Assembly (NCBI GenBank): GCA_004431415.1
Contig: QPMI01000160.1
Span: forward strand, 1-64,000
Length of the DNA stretch: 64,000 nucleotides
Source of the DNA: Cyanophora paradoxa CCMP329
Taxonomy: Eukaryota; Plantae; Glaucophyta
Reading direction: 5' to 3'
Below are positions 45,393 through 57,743 of the stretch, piece by piece; position 1 is the stretch's first letter, and each line of letters starts with the position of its first letter. Under the pieces are notes generated by a model. The model ran no database searches, had not been told where the DNA came from, and saw nothing but the letters and a program-made list of their open reading frames with translations. The position numbers and the translations under genes were made by a program.

Positions 45393-47750
45393 GAGAACTG
45401 GATCCGGAGGCCTGGTCGATCCCGGCGAAGACTAGTACTGCGGGCCGCGGCGCCACAAAGGTCGACGTCTGCGGAAGGGCGCGCCGCGGCGGCGGTCAGG
45501 CTTCGAATCCCTCGAGGGATCTAGATCTAGGGGAAAAGCTACAGGAGCTACAGGAGGCAGTCAGGCGGTCAGCTAAGCGGTCAGCTACAGGATCCGGAGC
45601 GGCGCGCGCCGCGCGCGCGCGTCCGCACGCACGCGTGCGCGGCGATGTTCGACCGGGATCGGTGAGCTCGGAGATCCATATCCAGAGAGCTTGCCGCCCA
45701 GGAACGAACTCGAGGCGCGAGCGCCACATGCATGGCCATGGCCATCGACCGCGGGTCGACGCCTCGAGCTCGATGAGGCTGCGCGCGCGGGCCAACGTGA
45801 GCTTGCTTGCACCCCCGCTCCGCGCTCATGCGCCTAGCCTGCCTTCCGCACCTCGCAGCTCACACGACGAGTTCGTGCTTCGCCTGCCGGCGGCCGCGGG
45901 CGGCAGCGGGGCCGAGCAGGAGGCCACCATTCCGCCTACGAACGCCATTCGTTCAGCCGTAGCTGCCGCAAGTTGCCCGCAGCTGCCGGTCCTTCCGATA
46001 ACTGCCGCGTACGCGTACCCGGCCCCCGAGCTCGAGGCGGCTGCATACCAACCTCATCGATATCCGGGATCCAGCAGCCGACGTCGATAAGCCGCTGAGC
46101 ACGTACAAGCGCGCGTACACTAGTACAGTACGCGTCAATGCCGCCTCCGGCAGCCGGCGGCAGGTGGCGCACCACTTGTGCTGCCCACGGTCCACGGAGC
46201 GCGCGCGCGGAAGCCTAGGCATGCGAGCTAGCGGTCGACGTCGCTGCGCATGCAAGCGCTGCAGCTGCGACTTGCCGGGTTGCATGAACTTGCAACGATA
46301 TCGAGCTCGAGCTCATGATCATGAATCATGATTGGCCTGCAGCTAGCGCTTGGCACTGCGGCAACCTCGAACTCGCATCTGCACGTGCACGATATCGATG
46401 CGCCAGATCTAGACCTAGAGATCGACATCGGGCCCGATGATCGAGGCCCCCGATTCGGGGGTGCGATCGTCGTGTTTGCTGATCATCCACGTGGGGGCCG
46501 GCCCGGCCGGGGTCGCCGATCGCGATTCCGGCGGCTGGCCATGGATCCGGCCCGCGCGCGGATCCGGATCCCGGAGCCCCAGCTACTGCTACTCGGATAG
46601 GCCCTCATAATCAGGGCCTGTTTCCGCCTGCCGCAGTGCAGCTGATTAATATTCTTGATTTAAATCAGGCAGAGCCTCCGCGGCCGAGGTTCGCCAAACC
46701 GACTTTCTAAGGTTCGGCGGGGACGAGCTTGATCATGAGGCAGATTACGTATACACGTGCACGCAATTGCAAATTAAAAGCAGAACTTCGAAGCGGCCTT
46801 AAGCTCAGAAGTAGCATCAATAAGGAAATTATGATTACATGAGCTAGAATTCTACAGGAAGACGATCTAGAGTACACGGGAAATCGCGAAGTCAACCAAG
46901 AAAACTACGTTTAAATTACGAAGAGACGAAGCGCGCGAAAACTAGGAGGACTGGACAAACTGGCACGGATCCGATGATGTACATACACGGAGACCAGAGA
47001 AGCGAAGCGATTGCAAACGATTATAATGAGATCTAGATGCAAACTGGCGCGAATTCAAGTCGTCTTTGAAATAAGCGAGCGCAGGCCAAGGGGTATGGAT
47101 CGGACCAAAACTTATCTGGACATCGATCTGGATCGAGGCTCGCGCCTCGATCGTTCGACCTTGAGCAGGGCGATAGGCCCCGCCAAGATGGCCCGGGCTA
47201 GGGCTGGATGGCGGAGACGCCGGCGGTGCGCATCCAGCTGGCAAGCACGCGCCCGTGCTGCAGCTCCAGAATATCGTCCGCCTGTGTGCGGATCATATTC
47301 CGGATCGAATGTTCTAATAATAACCCGAGCATTCCAAGCTGAAGCTAGCGCACCACGCGGCGAAACTCGCCGAACGAAATGCGCCCGTCCCCGTTCGAAT
47401 CGGCCTGCCGCCGGGGCACAGATCAAATCTCGGATCAAATGTTTTCGAATTCAAAAAGTTTGGAACACGCGTACCCGGCGGAACATGGCGTCGACGTCAC
47501 GGCGGAGGAGCGTCTCGTACTGCCGCCGGGTGAGGAACGGGTTCTGCGCCGAGGCCTGTACCCCGAAGTTCGAAAAGGATCAGGGGTCCGGTACGCTTAG
47601 ACGGGGAAGGGGGGTACAGCACCGGCGCGATCGCGCGGAAGGCAGAGAGCAGCTCGGCCCGCGACAGCGAGCCTGACCCGTCTGCCGGGGGGTGAGGTGG
47701 GGGGGGGGAGGGGGGGGAGCCCAACCGGCCCTCAAGTGTCAGACCCCCGC

Positions 47751-47890
47751 TGGCTCCGGCCACCCCTATGGCTTCGGCCCCCCAATGGCTTCGGCCCCCC
47801 TTTGGCTTCGGCCACCCCATCGGCTTCGGCCACCCCCTGGCTTCGGCCAACCCCATGGCTTCGGCCACCCCCCTGGCCTCGGCCCCCCCT
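47751..47890 (+). repeat. ~18-bp minisatellite (ggcttcggccacccc..), possibly coding GFG(H/P/Q)P
   Basis: About 8 imperfect units. Confidence 0.8.
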
Positions 47891-48729
47891 CTAACCGGTC
47901 GACCCCTCCCGACCCCTCGCGGCCCGCCTCGTCTCCGCACTCCCAGCTCTCTGCGTCGCCTGTCAGTGCCCACGCTCTCTCCACTCTGCCGTCCCGGCAC
48001 CTCTCCCTGCCTTGCCCCGCATCCGCTGCCCGCCCCAAGCTGCTGCCTCCGCCCACTCCCTCTCCTTCCTCATATCTTCCTCCTACCACCTTCTTCACCT
48101 CGACAAAACGGGACACCGATTAATCGGGGTCCTGGGGCGCAGGTGAGGAGGAGGGAGGAGGCGGAGTGGGGAGGAGGAGGCGTGGCGGAGCGGCGGCAAG
48201 GGAGGGCGGCGGACTGCGAGACATCTCACTTCCAGGGCTCATGAGGGATGGAGGAGTTGATCAAGGGGTGGGCGCGTGGGTCTGGTTACGGCTATCACCG
48301 AAAACCATGGCTCCCCCACTCAGGCGAACCTCCCATATTGAGCGACCCATGGCCGGCACCTAGCTAGCACCCTCGGCTAGATAGATGACCGGTCGGAAGG
48401 GCACGTCACGTAGAACATTGATACATGTGCCGTGGTGTATCAATGCGACGTCCACTTTTGCAAAAAAAGGGGGGAGGGGGGGAGGGGGTACCGCACCGGC
48501 GTCGATGGCGTCGAAGGCGCGGCGCTGCGCGGCGGGGGTAAGCTTGGAGGGGGGGGAATGGGGGGATGGGGGGAAGTCGGGGGGAAAGGAGGCTCGAGGC
48601 GCGGCGGAGAGGCTGAGATCTAGATGCGGCTGCTTTGCAAAAGCTTAAGCTTATGAGCCGCGGCTAAGCAGGGACGGAGGGCGCCGAGGAGCCGGTCTCG
48701 AGTCCCGGCGCAGCCGCGGCTAGGGGGGG

Positions 48730-48764
<35 letters not shown>

Positions 48765-48799
48765 GGGGGGGGGGGGGAGGAAGGGGGTGTGCCGGTGGC

Positions 48800-51700
48800 G
48801 GGCGTCCCTAAGAGGACGGTCCTCCAGGCCGGCGGCTCTATTTCTAAGTTGGCGGCCCCGGGCCCTTAGAAGGCCCTATATAAACTCTTACTATAGCTTA
48901 ATCTTAAGCATACAAAGGCCAAAGCATATAATTACAAGCCGCCTGGGGCTCGCGATCGGGCACCTGCGGCGACGACGGCCTCTAAAGAGCTTAAGGTTAA
49001 AAGAGCCTTTAAAAGTGCACATGCCTTTAAGGAGCGTAAAGTTAAAAGAGCTAAAGCATGCATATGCATATAATTGTAGTCTGCCTCGCCCCGGAGTCCT
49101 GGGGCACCTGCTCGGCGGCGGCGACGACGGCCCCCAGGCGCCCCGCGACCGTCGGACCGCCTCGAACGTTAACGTTAACCCCAATTCTAAGGCGGCGGCC
49201 CTTATAATCGAAGGCCTTGTGTGTTTTAACTCTTGTAGTAATATATAGTGCACGTGCCTTGAAAGAGCCCATAGCTATAGCTAATGTTCAAACAGCCAAA
49301 GCGTATAATTGCACCTGCTCGGCGGCCGCGACGACGGCCTCGAGGCGGCCGGCCACCGCCTCGAACTCGCCGTACTCGATCGCCCCGCTCCCGTCCGTGT
49401 CCGCCGCCCTGCGAGCGAAGGCGGGAGTTAGGACAGGATGACTAGAGCACATAATTAGCCATATATAGGATTCTCTCTCACGTTAGAAGGCGGGCGTCTT
49501 GAACGCCGGCTCAGCTCAGGCGCAGGTCCGGATCCTCGGGCCCTTAGGGCTGGATCCTTAAAGCTTATAATCATTAGGCCCTGGGAGGAACTCTTGGAGA
49601 TGAAGCAAAGGGTGGGAGGACAGGACGACTAAGCTTGGCTATAGAATTCTCGCCAGATCTAGGAATAGAATGACTAGAGCGCGCTAAAGTTAGCTAGGGG
49701 CCTTGAACGCCGGCTCAGCGGAGGCGCAGGTCCCAAGGGCCCTTAAGCTTCGGGTGGGATCCTTAGCCCTTAGGGTGGGGGCCCTCAGCTGCGGCTGCCT
49801 AATAAGAATAATAATAAGAGATCTCATCTCAAGATCGTTAGCCCTAGTTTTAAGATCGCTCAAGCTAGCTGGTCCTTAGGGTCCGGGGGTCCTAAGGTCC
49901 TTAGGCGAAGGCGGGCGTCTTGAGTGTCAGGCCACGATCAAGCTCGGGCCTGGGCCTAGGCTAGGGCTAGGGCCGGGGCCGCACCGCCTAGTTTGGCTTA
50001 GCTTAGCTTAGCCCCCGGCGCCTATCTGCAACAATAAAAGCTCTCATCTTACGATCTTAAGCTACAGGTTAAGATCGCAAGCTAGCTAGCTGTAGCACCG
50101 GGCCGGGGCCGCACCGCATGAGCTGGGCCACCTCTCGCCGGAGGAGATGGTCGTGGGGGTCCCGCCCCGGCCGCCCCAGCGCCGCCTTGAGCGCGAAATC
50201 AACCAAATCATGACGTGGCGGGAGAGAAAGGCGCCGGGGGGGGGGGGGGGGGGGGGGGGGGCGCGCCGCGGCGCTGCATGCAGCGCTGTACTACAATTCT
50301 TCTTCTTCTAAGGTTCTATTAAGGATCTATGAAGCCTCTAAGCTTCTATTAAGGTTCTTTTCTATACAAGGCGGGAAAGGCGGGAAAGAGAGGGGGAGGG
50401 GGAAGGTGAGAGAGGGTCCTCGAGCCGGGCCCGGGGGAGGGTGCGCCACCGGGCCTGCTATAGCTATATATGCCAGGACCGGGCGTCCTCGAGGGCTACT
50501 AGCTAGCTATAGGCTAGGGCGCTGGCGCTGGCGCAGCGCCAGCTGGGCGCGCCTTAGGAGGCGGCGTTGGAGGCGCTAGGGATTCCGACGAGAGGGGGGG
50601 GGTGGGGAACCTTGAAGGCGGCGAGGAGCTCGCCCTCGTCCAGTGCGCCGCTGTGGTCCGCGTCGAAGCGGTCGAAGGCGGCTCGCGCCCACGCGCGCCG
50701 CCGCCGCTCCGCCAGCCGCGCCCGCGCCGCCCGCCGCATGCGCTCCACGGAGCCGTACGTGACGACCCGGTCCGGCAGGTTGATGAGGAGGGAGGAGGGC
50801 AGGCCCGCGAAGAGACCGGCGGCGCCCTCCGCCCTAAAAATAGTCCGGAGGGCGTCCAGGGGGCCCCTGTACCCCGCCACGGAGCCGTCCGGCATGGTCT
50901 GCTGGTTCACGAGCCGCGCCCGCACTGCGCTCGGCTATTTTTAGCTCGCTCTGGGGGTACGGGTGCGGGACGGGTACCGAGGTCGACGGGGGCGAGGGCC
51001 AGTGACATCGTTGCGGAGGTTGCGGCCCCCGCGACGGCGTCCAATGGGAACCCGTCCCGCAGCAGGCCCCGCTGCGCTATTTTTAGAGCGGACGGGGAGG
51101 GAGGTACGGGGAGGGGTACACGGGGGACGGCGCTATTTTTGGCACCTCGAGGACGGCCGCCTTGACGGTCCCGTACGTACCCGTAGTGATCGCGAGGGAG
51201 AAGGCCGAGCGGAAGACACTGGGGAGAGGGGGGCGGGGGGCGGGGGGAAGGAATTGAGGGGTATTCGAAGGGATGAGCGGGGGTACAGGAACGGACGTCG
51301 TACGGCAGCCGCGGAAGAGCGAACGGAGGGCGGTCACGGGGTCCTGACGCTGCGATACGGCCCGAGGTCGGCGCCCGATCCGAAAAAGGGGGGGGAGGGG
51401 GGGGGGACGGGGTACACGGGGCGGCGCACGAGGGAGGGGAGGGAGCGGCGGAAGGCGGCCGACGGGTGACTCCTCTGCCTCAGCACGTCGAACTTGCGTC
51501 GGGGGGGGGAAGGGGGGTACGTGAGCGTGTTTACGGGGTACGGCGCGCGGCGAGCGGCGGGGGTACCGGGTGCATGATGACGGCCGAGACGGCCCCACAG
51601 GCGGCCCCGACGGCGCAGCGCTTCCAGGGGGGTACCCTTCCGTCCTCGGGCCTGTGGAGCGAGGACAGGACCGGCGCCGTGAGCCCGAACCCGAAAGAGC

Positions 51701-52330
51701 TGCTCGAAGTGAGCTACGCGAAGTTTCGAAATTTCGAATGAAATTAGCTGACGTCGCGATGGCCTCCTCGACGAGGGACGGGCCGAGGCCCGCCATGAGC
51801 GCGCCGCCGCCCTCGGCCCGCCAGATGCTCGTCAGGCAGTCCCACTCGCCCCGGTAGCGCGGCCGGTCCCGCTGCCCCGCGTACTGCCCCTGCAGCTGCA
51901 TCCGCGTCTGCGTTTGCGATCGGAGAGCGGCCGCGGATGCCTCGGCGTCAGCGCGCGCGCGGCGCCTTTTCCGCGCGCAGAGAGGCGCGTGCCCACCCGA
52001 ACGACGTCGAGCGGGTTCGTGAACACCTCGCCGAGCATGCCCGCGAGGCTGCAGAAGGCCATGTGCTGCCTGCCGGCGGCCGGCGCGCGGGGGGCTCGAT
52101 CAGCGGCCGCGGCGCGCGCCGGCGCCGGCCGCGGAATCGGGCCGGGCGCGCGGGCGAGCGGGGCGCGCACCAGATGGTGCAGTCTCGATGAAAAGGGTAC
52201 CGCGGGAGCGTCACGCGAAGCCTCTGAGCCCCGGGCGGTCAGCGGCGCGGGTCAACGCTCGCTCGGAGCGCTTCTCCGGCTTCCCCGGGCGCACCTTGCC
52301 GGCGAGGAGCTCGCGCGCATGCTCGAGCGC
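48800..52330 (-). CDS. Mitochondrial carrier (SLC25) family protein with a C-terminal EF-hand pair, multi-exon
   Basis: Three PxDxxR signatures (NPLDVVR, HP|FDVLRQR, APVDL|VRAR), YRG..D....I.RAEG...L.AGL motifs, then DADHSGALDEGE and DTDGSGAIEYGE. Both ends approximate. Confidence 0.85.
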
Positions 52331-52942
52331 TTCATTCCTCTTCGCCGACAAGTTCGCTCGCAGATCCTTCACCCCGCGCCGACGCCGGGCGCGCGCCCCT
52401 GGGTTGCACGGAAGGGCATAGCTCCAAGCGGAACGAGTCCGTGGCCCTCCGTTTTCTCTCATTCTGTACATCTACGTATACAGTACAGCGTCGGCCGGCC
52501 AGCTGCTTGGAGCTTGGGCGGAGATCAGAAGATCCGCTCGCTCGATTCGCACGCGCTTTGCGGGTCTGCAGCTGCCAACAAGCTACCGTAGTGCACGCTG
52601 CGGCTGATCGTGCGCAGCGCTGGGCCGGGGCGCCGCGGCCAGCTGCAGTGAAGCACAGGGCCGGGGGGAGAAACCGGAGGGGGAGAAACTGGAGAGGCCT
52701 ACACGCACACATGGCTTGACGTAGTTCACTAGTACTAGTACACGTACTGCGTGTGCACTGCTCAGCGCGCGGCTCTTGATCATGATCAAAAGAGCAGGCG
52801 CAGCAGCCCGCGTACGCCCCGGGCCCGCGCGCGCGGCGCGCTTCAAATAAAAACAATTCTCTCTGAGGACGGGCGCCGTCACTGACGGGCCGACAGGGCG
52901 ACGGCGAGACAAAAAGAAGGGGGCCGGCGAGGGGCGCCGGCG

Positions 52943-55844
52943 CTACGGGGCGAAGGGGAAGCGGCGGAGGTTGTTGCGGAGGCCCGCGATGAGGAATGTA
53001 ATCGCCTCCTCCACGTCCTGCTGCGTGACCCTGCGGGCGGGGGGTACCGCATCAGAGTTGAAGGGGGGGGGGCGGGAAACAGGTATGGGGGGTACGCGTG
53101 CCAGCAGTCCGAGAGCATCTGGCACGGCAATCAGACGAGGAGAGCCCCAAAAGCTGAGGCGGATCGAATCCGATCCGAGACTCCGCACCATCTTCATGCC
53201 GGGGGAGAGGGAGGGGAGGAGGACGTCGGGGTGGACGAGCCAGACGGGGTACTTCGAGGGCCGCGGGCGCAGCTGGTGGTGCGCGTACTTCAGCTCGTCC
53301 TCGCAGTTCACCGACGCGAGGTACCCCCGCGAGATGAAGCAGACGAAGGCCCGGCACTCGCCCATCGCCACGCCGATGTCGTCCAGCCACTGTCCCGCGC
53401 GCGCCGCCGGGTCAGCGCGATCGGCGGGGAGAAAGAGAAAGGGGGGGGGGAAGAGGGGAGGGGTACGCGCGTCGCGTCCCGGGAGGAGCTCGCGGTCGAT
53501 CCAGACGGAGAAGCCGGCGGCGACGAGCGCGTCCACGAAGCGGAAGACGACCGCCTGGTCCGCGTGCGCGTACGACTGATTGCGTACCCCGCCGTGAGCT
53601 TTTTTTCGAGCCGGGGGGGGGGGTGTAATGGGAGGGGGGTACCACGAAGATGTCCCAGCGCTTGCCGTCGGGGTCGAGGGAGGAGGGGGAGGAGGGGCCG
53701 GTAAGGGCGGGGACCGGGGATCGTCCCGGGGGCGCCCCCGAGGGCGCGCCGCTGTGGCCCCCGGCGGCGGCGGCGGCGGCGCCGCCCTGCCGCGCGAGCT
53801 CCGCTATCTGCGGGCTGTCTTAGAAGACGGAGGAGGAGGGGGGGGGGAGAAGAAGGAGGGGAAGGAGGGGCGGGGAAAGCTAAGAAACAGATGTGGAGGA
53901 GGAGGGGGAAGCTAAGAAACAGCTGGAGAGGCCCCCCCCCCTGCGCTCTCTGGCTCGCGCCCTCGCTCGATCTAAGAAAGAAGACTAAGAACGACGAAGG
54001 TCTTAGGGGCTAATAAAGAGCGGAGGAGGGGAGGGCTCGCCTCGGAGAGGATGCGGCGGCGGAGGAGGCCGGACGCGACGCCGAGCTCGTCCCGCAGCTC
54101 GGCGTCGGTCAGGTGGAGGAGCAGCTTCCCGTCCACCCCGTTCTCCGCGAACGCGGGCGCCACCTTGAAGTAAGAATCGTGAGCTTAGAAAGCTGAGACC
54201 TTAGAAGAAGAAGAAGAAGAATAAACTAAGACCTTGTAAGAATTGTAAGCTTAGAAAGCTAAGACCTTAGAAGAAGCCTTAGAAGAAGAAGGAGGATAAG
54301 CTAGGACCTTGTCGAGCTCGAGGGAGCGTAGCCACTCGCAGACGTCCGAGACGCGCATGGAGCGCGGGTCCCGCCGCCCGGCCCCGCCTCCGCCCCCGCC
54401 GCCGCTGCCTTCCGAGGGCGAGCGGCAGGCGGAGGGCGCGGGGAGGGGCCCTCCGGCGGGAACGACGAGCGGCGCGGGGCGCGGCGCCTTCGGCTGCTCC
54501 GGGGCCGAGGCGGCGGGGGCAGGGGCGGCGGGGGCGGGGGCGGAGGCCAACGGGGTGGGGGCGGGGCGGGGGCGGGGGAGGGGCGAGCTTAGGGGAGCTG
54601 GAGGAGGGGGCGGAGGTGGGAGTAGGGGAAGAGGAGGGGGCGGGGGCGGGGACGGAGGCCGGGGTACGAGAGGCGGAGGAGGAGGGAGGAGGGGCGGAGG
54701 GGGCGGAGGGCGCCGCGGAGAGGGGTCCAGAGGCCGGCTTCACGGCAAGGGGCTTGGAAGGGACGGGGGACGGAGCCAAGGCCGGGCCGGCCGAGGGGGC
54801 GCGGCTCGGGAGGGGTAGGGAGCTGGAGGAGGGGACCGGGGGCCGGGGCGAGAGGGAGGGGGGAGTGACAGCGGGGGCGTCGAGGGTCCCACGGGGGGCG
54901 GGGGCCGAGGGGCGGGAGAGGAGTACCCCCTCGGAGGCGGCGCGGGCGGCCTGAAGCAGTCCGGGGGTACTGCTTCCCTCCGACGCCCGCCGCGCGAGGC
55001 CCGCGGAGGGGGGGCGAGCCGCCGGCTTGGAGATGGCGGCTAGGATCTCGGCCGCGGCGGCTAGCTCGGGGGCCGGCTCGGGGGTACCGGGGCTGGAGCC
55101 GGAGAGCCGGCCCTGGACGGCGGGGCCCTGGCCGGCCGGCGAGGGGCTGGACGCCCCCGGGCGGGGGGCCGGGTCGGAGGGGAGCGAGGGGACCTTGGCC
55201 AACAGGGCCGATAGCTCGTACGTGGACCCCGAGGAGACGAGGGGCGGGCGGCCCGCTGCCGCCGCTGCCCCCGCCGCCGATGGCTCTGCGCGGGCGTCGG
55301 GAGCCGTTGGGGTGCGGGGCGGGAAGGACGGGGGACGCACGGGCGGCGGCGGCGGCGGCAGCGGCCTCGCGCAGGTAGGCCAGGACGGATTCGTTGGATT
55401 CGCGGGCGGCCGGGGGCAGGTCGGTGAGGGGGTTGGGGCGGCAGGAGAAGGCCCGCAGGTTCGGGAGGCGCCCGATCTCGGGCGGGAGGCTGGACAGCTG
55501 GTTGGCGCGGAGCTGCAGCCAGACGAGCGCGGTGAGGCGCCCGATCTCAGGCGGCAACGAGACGAGCAGGTTGTTCTGGAGGTGGAGTTCCCTGAGGTTC
55601 ACGAGACGCGCCAGCTCGTTCCCGGGGATGCTGCCGCGCCGCGCGGCCCATCTCAGCGCTCGGAGGTTCGCGAGGCCCGCGCGGCGCCGCGCCGGCACCT
55701 CTTGATCTCGTTGTGGTCGAGGTCGAGCTTGCGGATCTGCTCGTGGCCCGCCGCGGCGATCTGCGCGCTCGGCCACTCCTTGAGCCCCTGGAACTGCAGG
55801 TCCAGCACCCCTTCCGCGGCGTTCCAGCCGCCGCCCGCCGCCAT
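52943..55844 (-). CDS. LRR - Pro/Ser-rich linker - SAM - TIR domain protein, multi-exon
   Basis: LRRs (LRELHLQNNLLVSLPPEIGRL), SAM (VSDVCEWLRSLEL..FAENGVDGKLLLHLTDAELRDELGV) and TIR (WDIFV|SYAHAD..GFSVWID..FVCFISRGYLASVNCEDELKYA). Confidence 0.9.
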
Positions 55845-56601
55845 CTGCTCGCCCCTCCCCAAATGAGCAGAGCGGCGCGGCAGCTGCGGCTGGGGAGATG
55901 TGCGGCGCGGGGGCGGAAGAGGAGGTTGAAGACCGATGGAAGCCTCGCGAAGTCATCGCGGCAATGCGGAGGCGTCCTAAAGCGCCCGGGGCGCGACACA
56001 TGGCGCCCAGAAGCGTCCCGAACTCGGAGGAAGGAGCGCGGGCAACCGCCGCGGGATTTGATGGGCGGCGCGACTCTTACAGCGCTAATCGCTCCGGAGC
56101 AAGAGGCGCTAGTGGGCCTGGTGCGGCTGCAGCCCAAACCGGAAGGGCACACGCCAGCGTGTCGCGCTCGCACCAACTGCAGGCTCGACCGGCCACTTCA
56201 AGCGTGATCTCTCGCGATCTAACAGCGCGACCGCTTCGGCGACTGCTCGGCGTTGTCCGCTGCAGACCCGGAGGCTCGGAGCTCTCGTGGGCCGACGAAC
56301 CGGGGGGCCTCCGAGCACGCAGAAAGCAGCGCCCTAGCCGCTGTTGATGCGAACAGAACGCCGAAGCCGGCTGGCGCGCTGCCTGGCGTTTCTAGCCGGG
56401 GGGTACGGCGTGGGCTGGCTTTGAAGAATTTGATCGCGGCCATGCACCGTGATGCACGCCGGACTTGGGACGGCAAAACGCACGCGTACGCCTGCCCGAA
56501 AGCGCGCCGTCCCAACGTTCGTGTCAACATCAATAAGAGCGCTGAAGCGCCGCGCGCCGAGCTCGAGGAAAAACTAGAGTGGACGTTCACCGTGCAAAAA
56601 G

Positions 56602-56674
56602 CGAGCCTAGCAGGATTCGAACCTGCAATCTCTTGATCCGTAGTCAAGCGCGTTATCCATTGCGCCATAGGCCC
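56602..56674 (-). tRNA. trnR-ACG: tRNA-Arg(ACG)
   Basis: GGGCCTATGGCGCAATGGATAACGCGCTTGACTACGGATCAAGAGATTGCAGGTTCGAATCCTGCTAGGCTCG forms a full cloverleaf, followed by a T5 Pol III terminator. Confidence 0.97.
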
Positions 56675-56735
56675 ATGCGAGGCCCGGATCGAGCCCATGT
56701 CCGGCTGGGACTAGGGCAACTGTGCGGCGACATAA

Positions 56736-56808
56736 CGAGCCTAGCAGGATTCGAACCTGCAATCTCTTGATCCGTAGTCAAGCGCGTTATCCATTGCGCC
56801 ATAGGCCC
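56736..56808 (-). tRNA. trnR-ACG: tRNA-Arg(ACG), identical upstream copy
   Basis: Identical 73-nt sequence, with no T-run directly downstream. Confidence 0.96.
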
Positions 56809-57743
56809 ATGGAAAAGCCGGCCATTTTGTATGATATGTTTCGGTTGCCCACAACCTTGCAATGCACGAGTCCACGCGTCGAGGCGGCGGCCGCTGCAGA
56901 CCGCCGCGCGCCAGCGACGTCGACGTCGACGCGCCGGACGCGTCAACGATTGCGAGTGCGCAATGTGCATGCGAGTTCCGAAGTTCGAATTCCTGAGTCC
57001 GATCGCGAGCGCGTGTGCACGTGGCTGCAGCTGCCGGCCCGGCGGACCCCGATCGCGAGTCTCAGCCGCGCCTGAGCGGCTCGCTTCGACACACCCTGCA
57101 TGCGCACGCCGCTCGTGCCTGCGCATGCGTGACGCCCCCGCTGTAAGCGCTGCCGCCGGCACCGCTCCCGCATGCATATATATGCGCAGCGTGCGCAGCA
57201 GAAGCATATGCATTCATGTTCTGCGGCACAGCAGCGGACGCATCTAACTTTAATTTATACATCCGATGATCGCCAGCCGCTGAACTGCAGCTGACGCCTT
57301 CTTTGTCGGCGACTTCGAAGAGTTCGAAGCTTTAAGGCGTCGGTCGACGGTCAGCAGCCGCGGCTTCTTTGCTGGCTCAGCCTCCTCGGCCGGCCCGGCA
57401 GCCGCGGCCGGTGCCGCAGCTTCGCCCCTGCTGCACCTACCGGCAGCTGCGCATGCGCCCCTCAAACCCCGCGGCTGCCCGGGGCCGGTCGCGATCGGGC
57501 ACAGAGCCTGCCGCTATCTCGTCTGCCATGGCCACGACCAGACAAAGCCACGACCAGACAAAGCTCGTCTGCCGGCGCCATCGGATGTACATGTACATAT
57601 ACATAGAGAATAAAATACAAAGCTTCAGAGTAATATAAAAGAAGAGGCTGCCTCTAAGCTGTGAAACTGTTGTCTGGAATACACCAAAAATAAAACAGAT
57701 CTATAATTTCGAATAGGGGGCTCGCGGGTGCGAGTCTGCGATA

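Noticed and set aside
47455-47560. dUTPase-like fragment AYPAEHGVDVTAEERLVLPPGEERVLRRGL
   Set aside because: It resembles only motif 1 and the following strand. Motifs 2-5 (RSG, GxIDxDYRG, RGxxGFGS) were not found downstream.
48720-48790. Poly-G/GGA and poly-C tracts (also 41630-41915, 43890-44230, 50235-50262) as functional G-quadruplex elements
   Set aside because: They are typical low-complexity intron or intergenic tracts in this genome with unreliable lengths, and nothing specific supports function.
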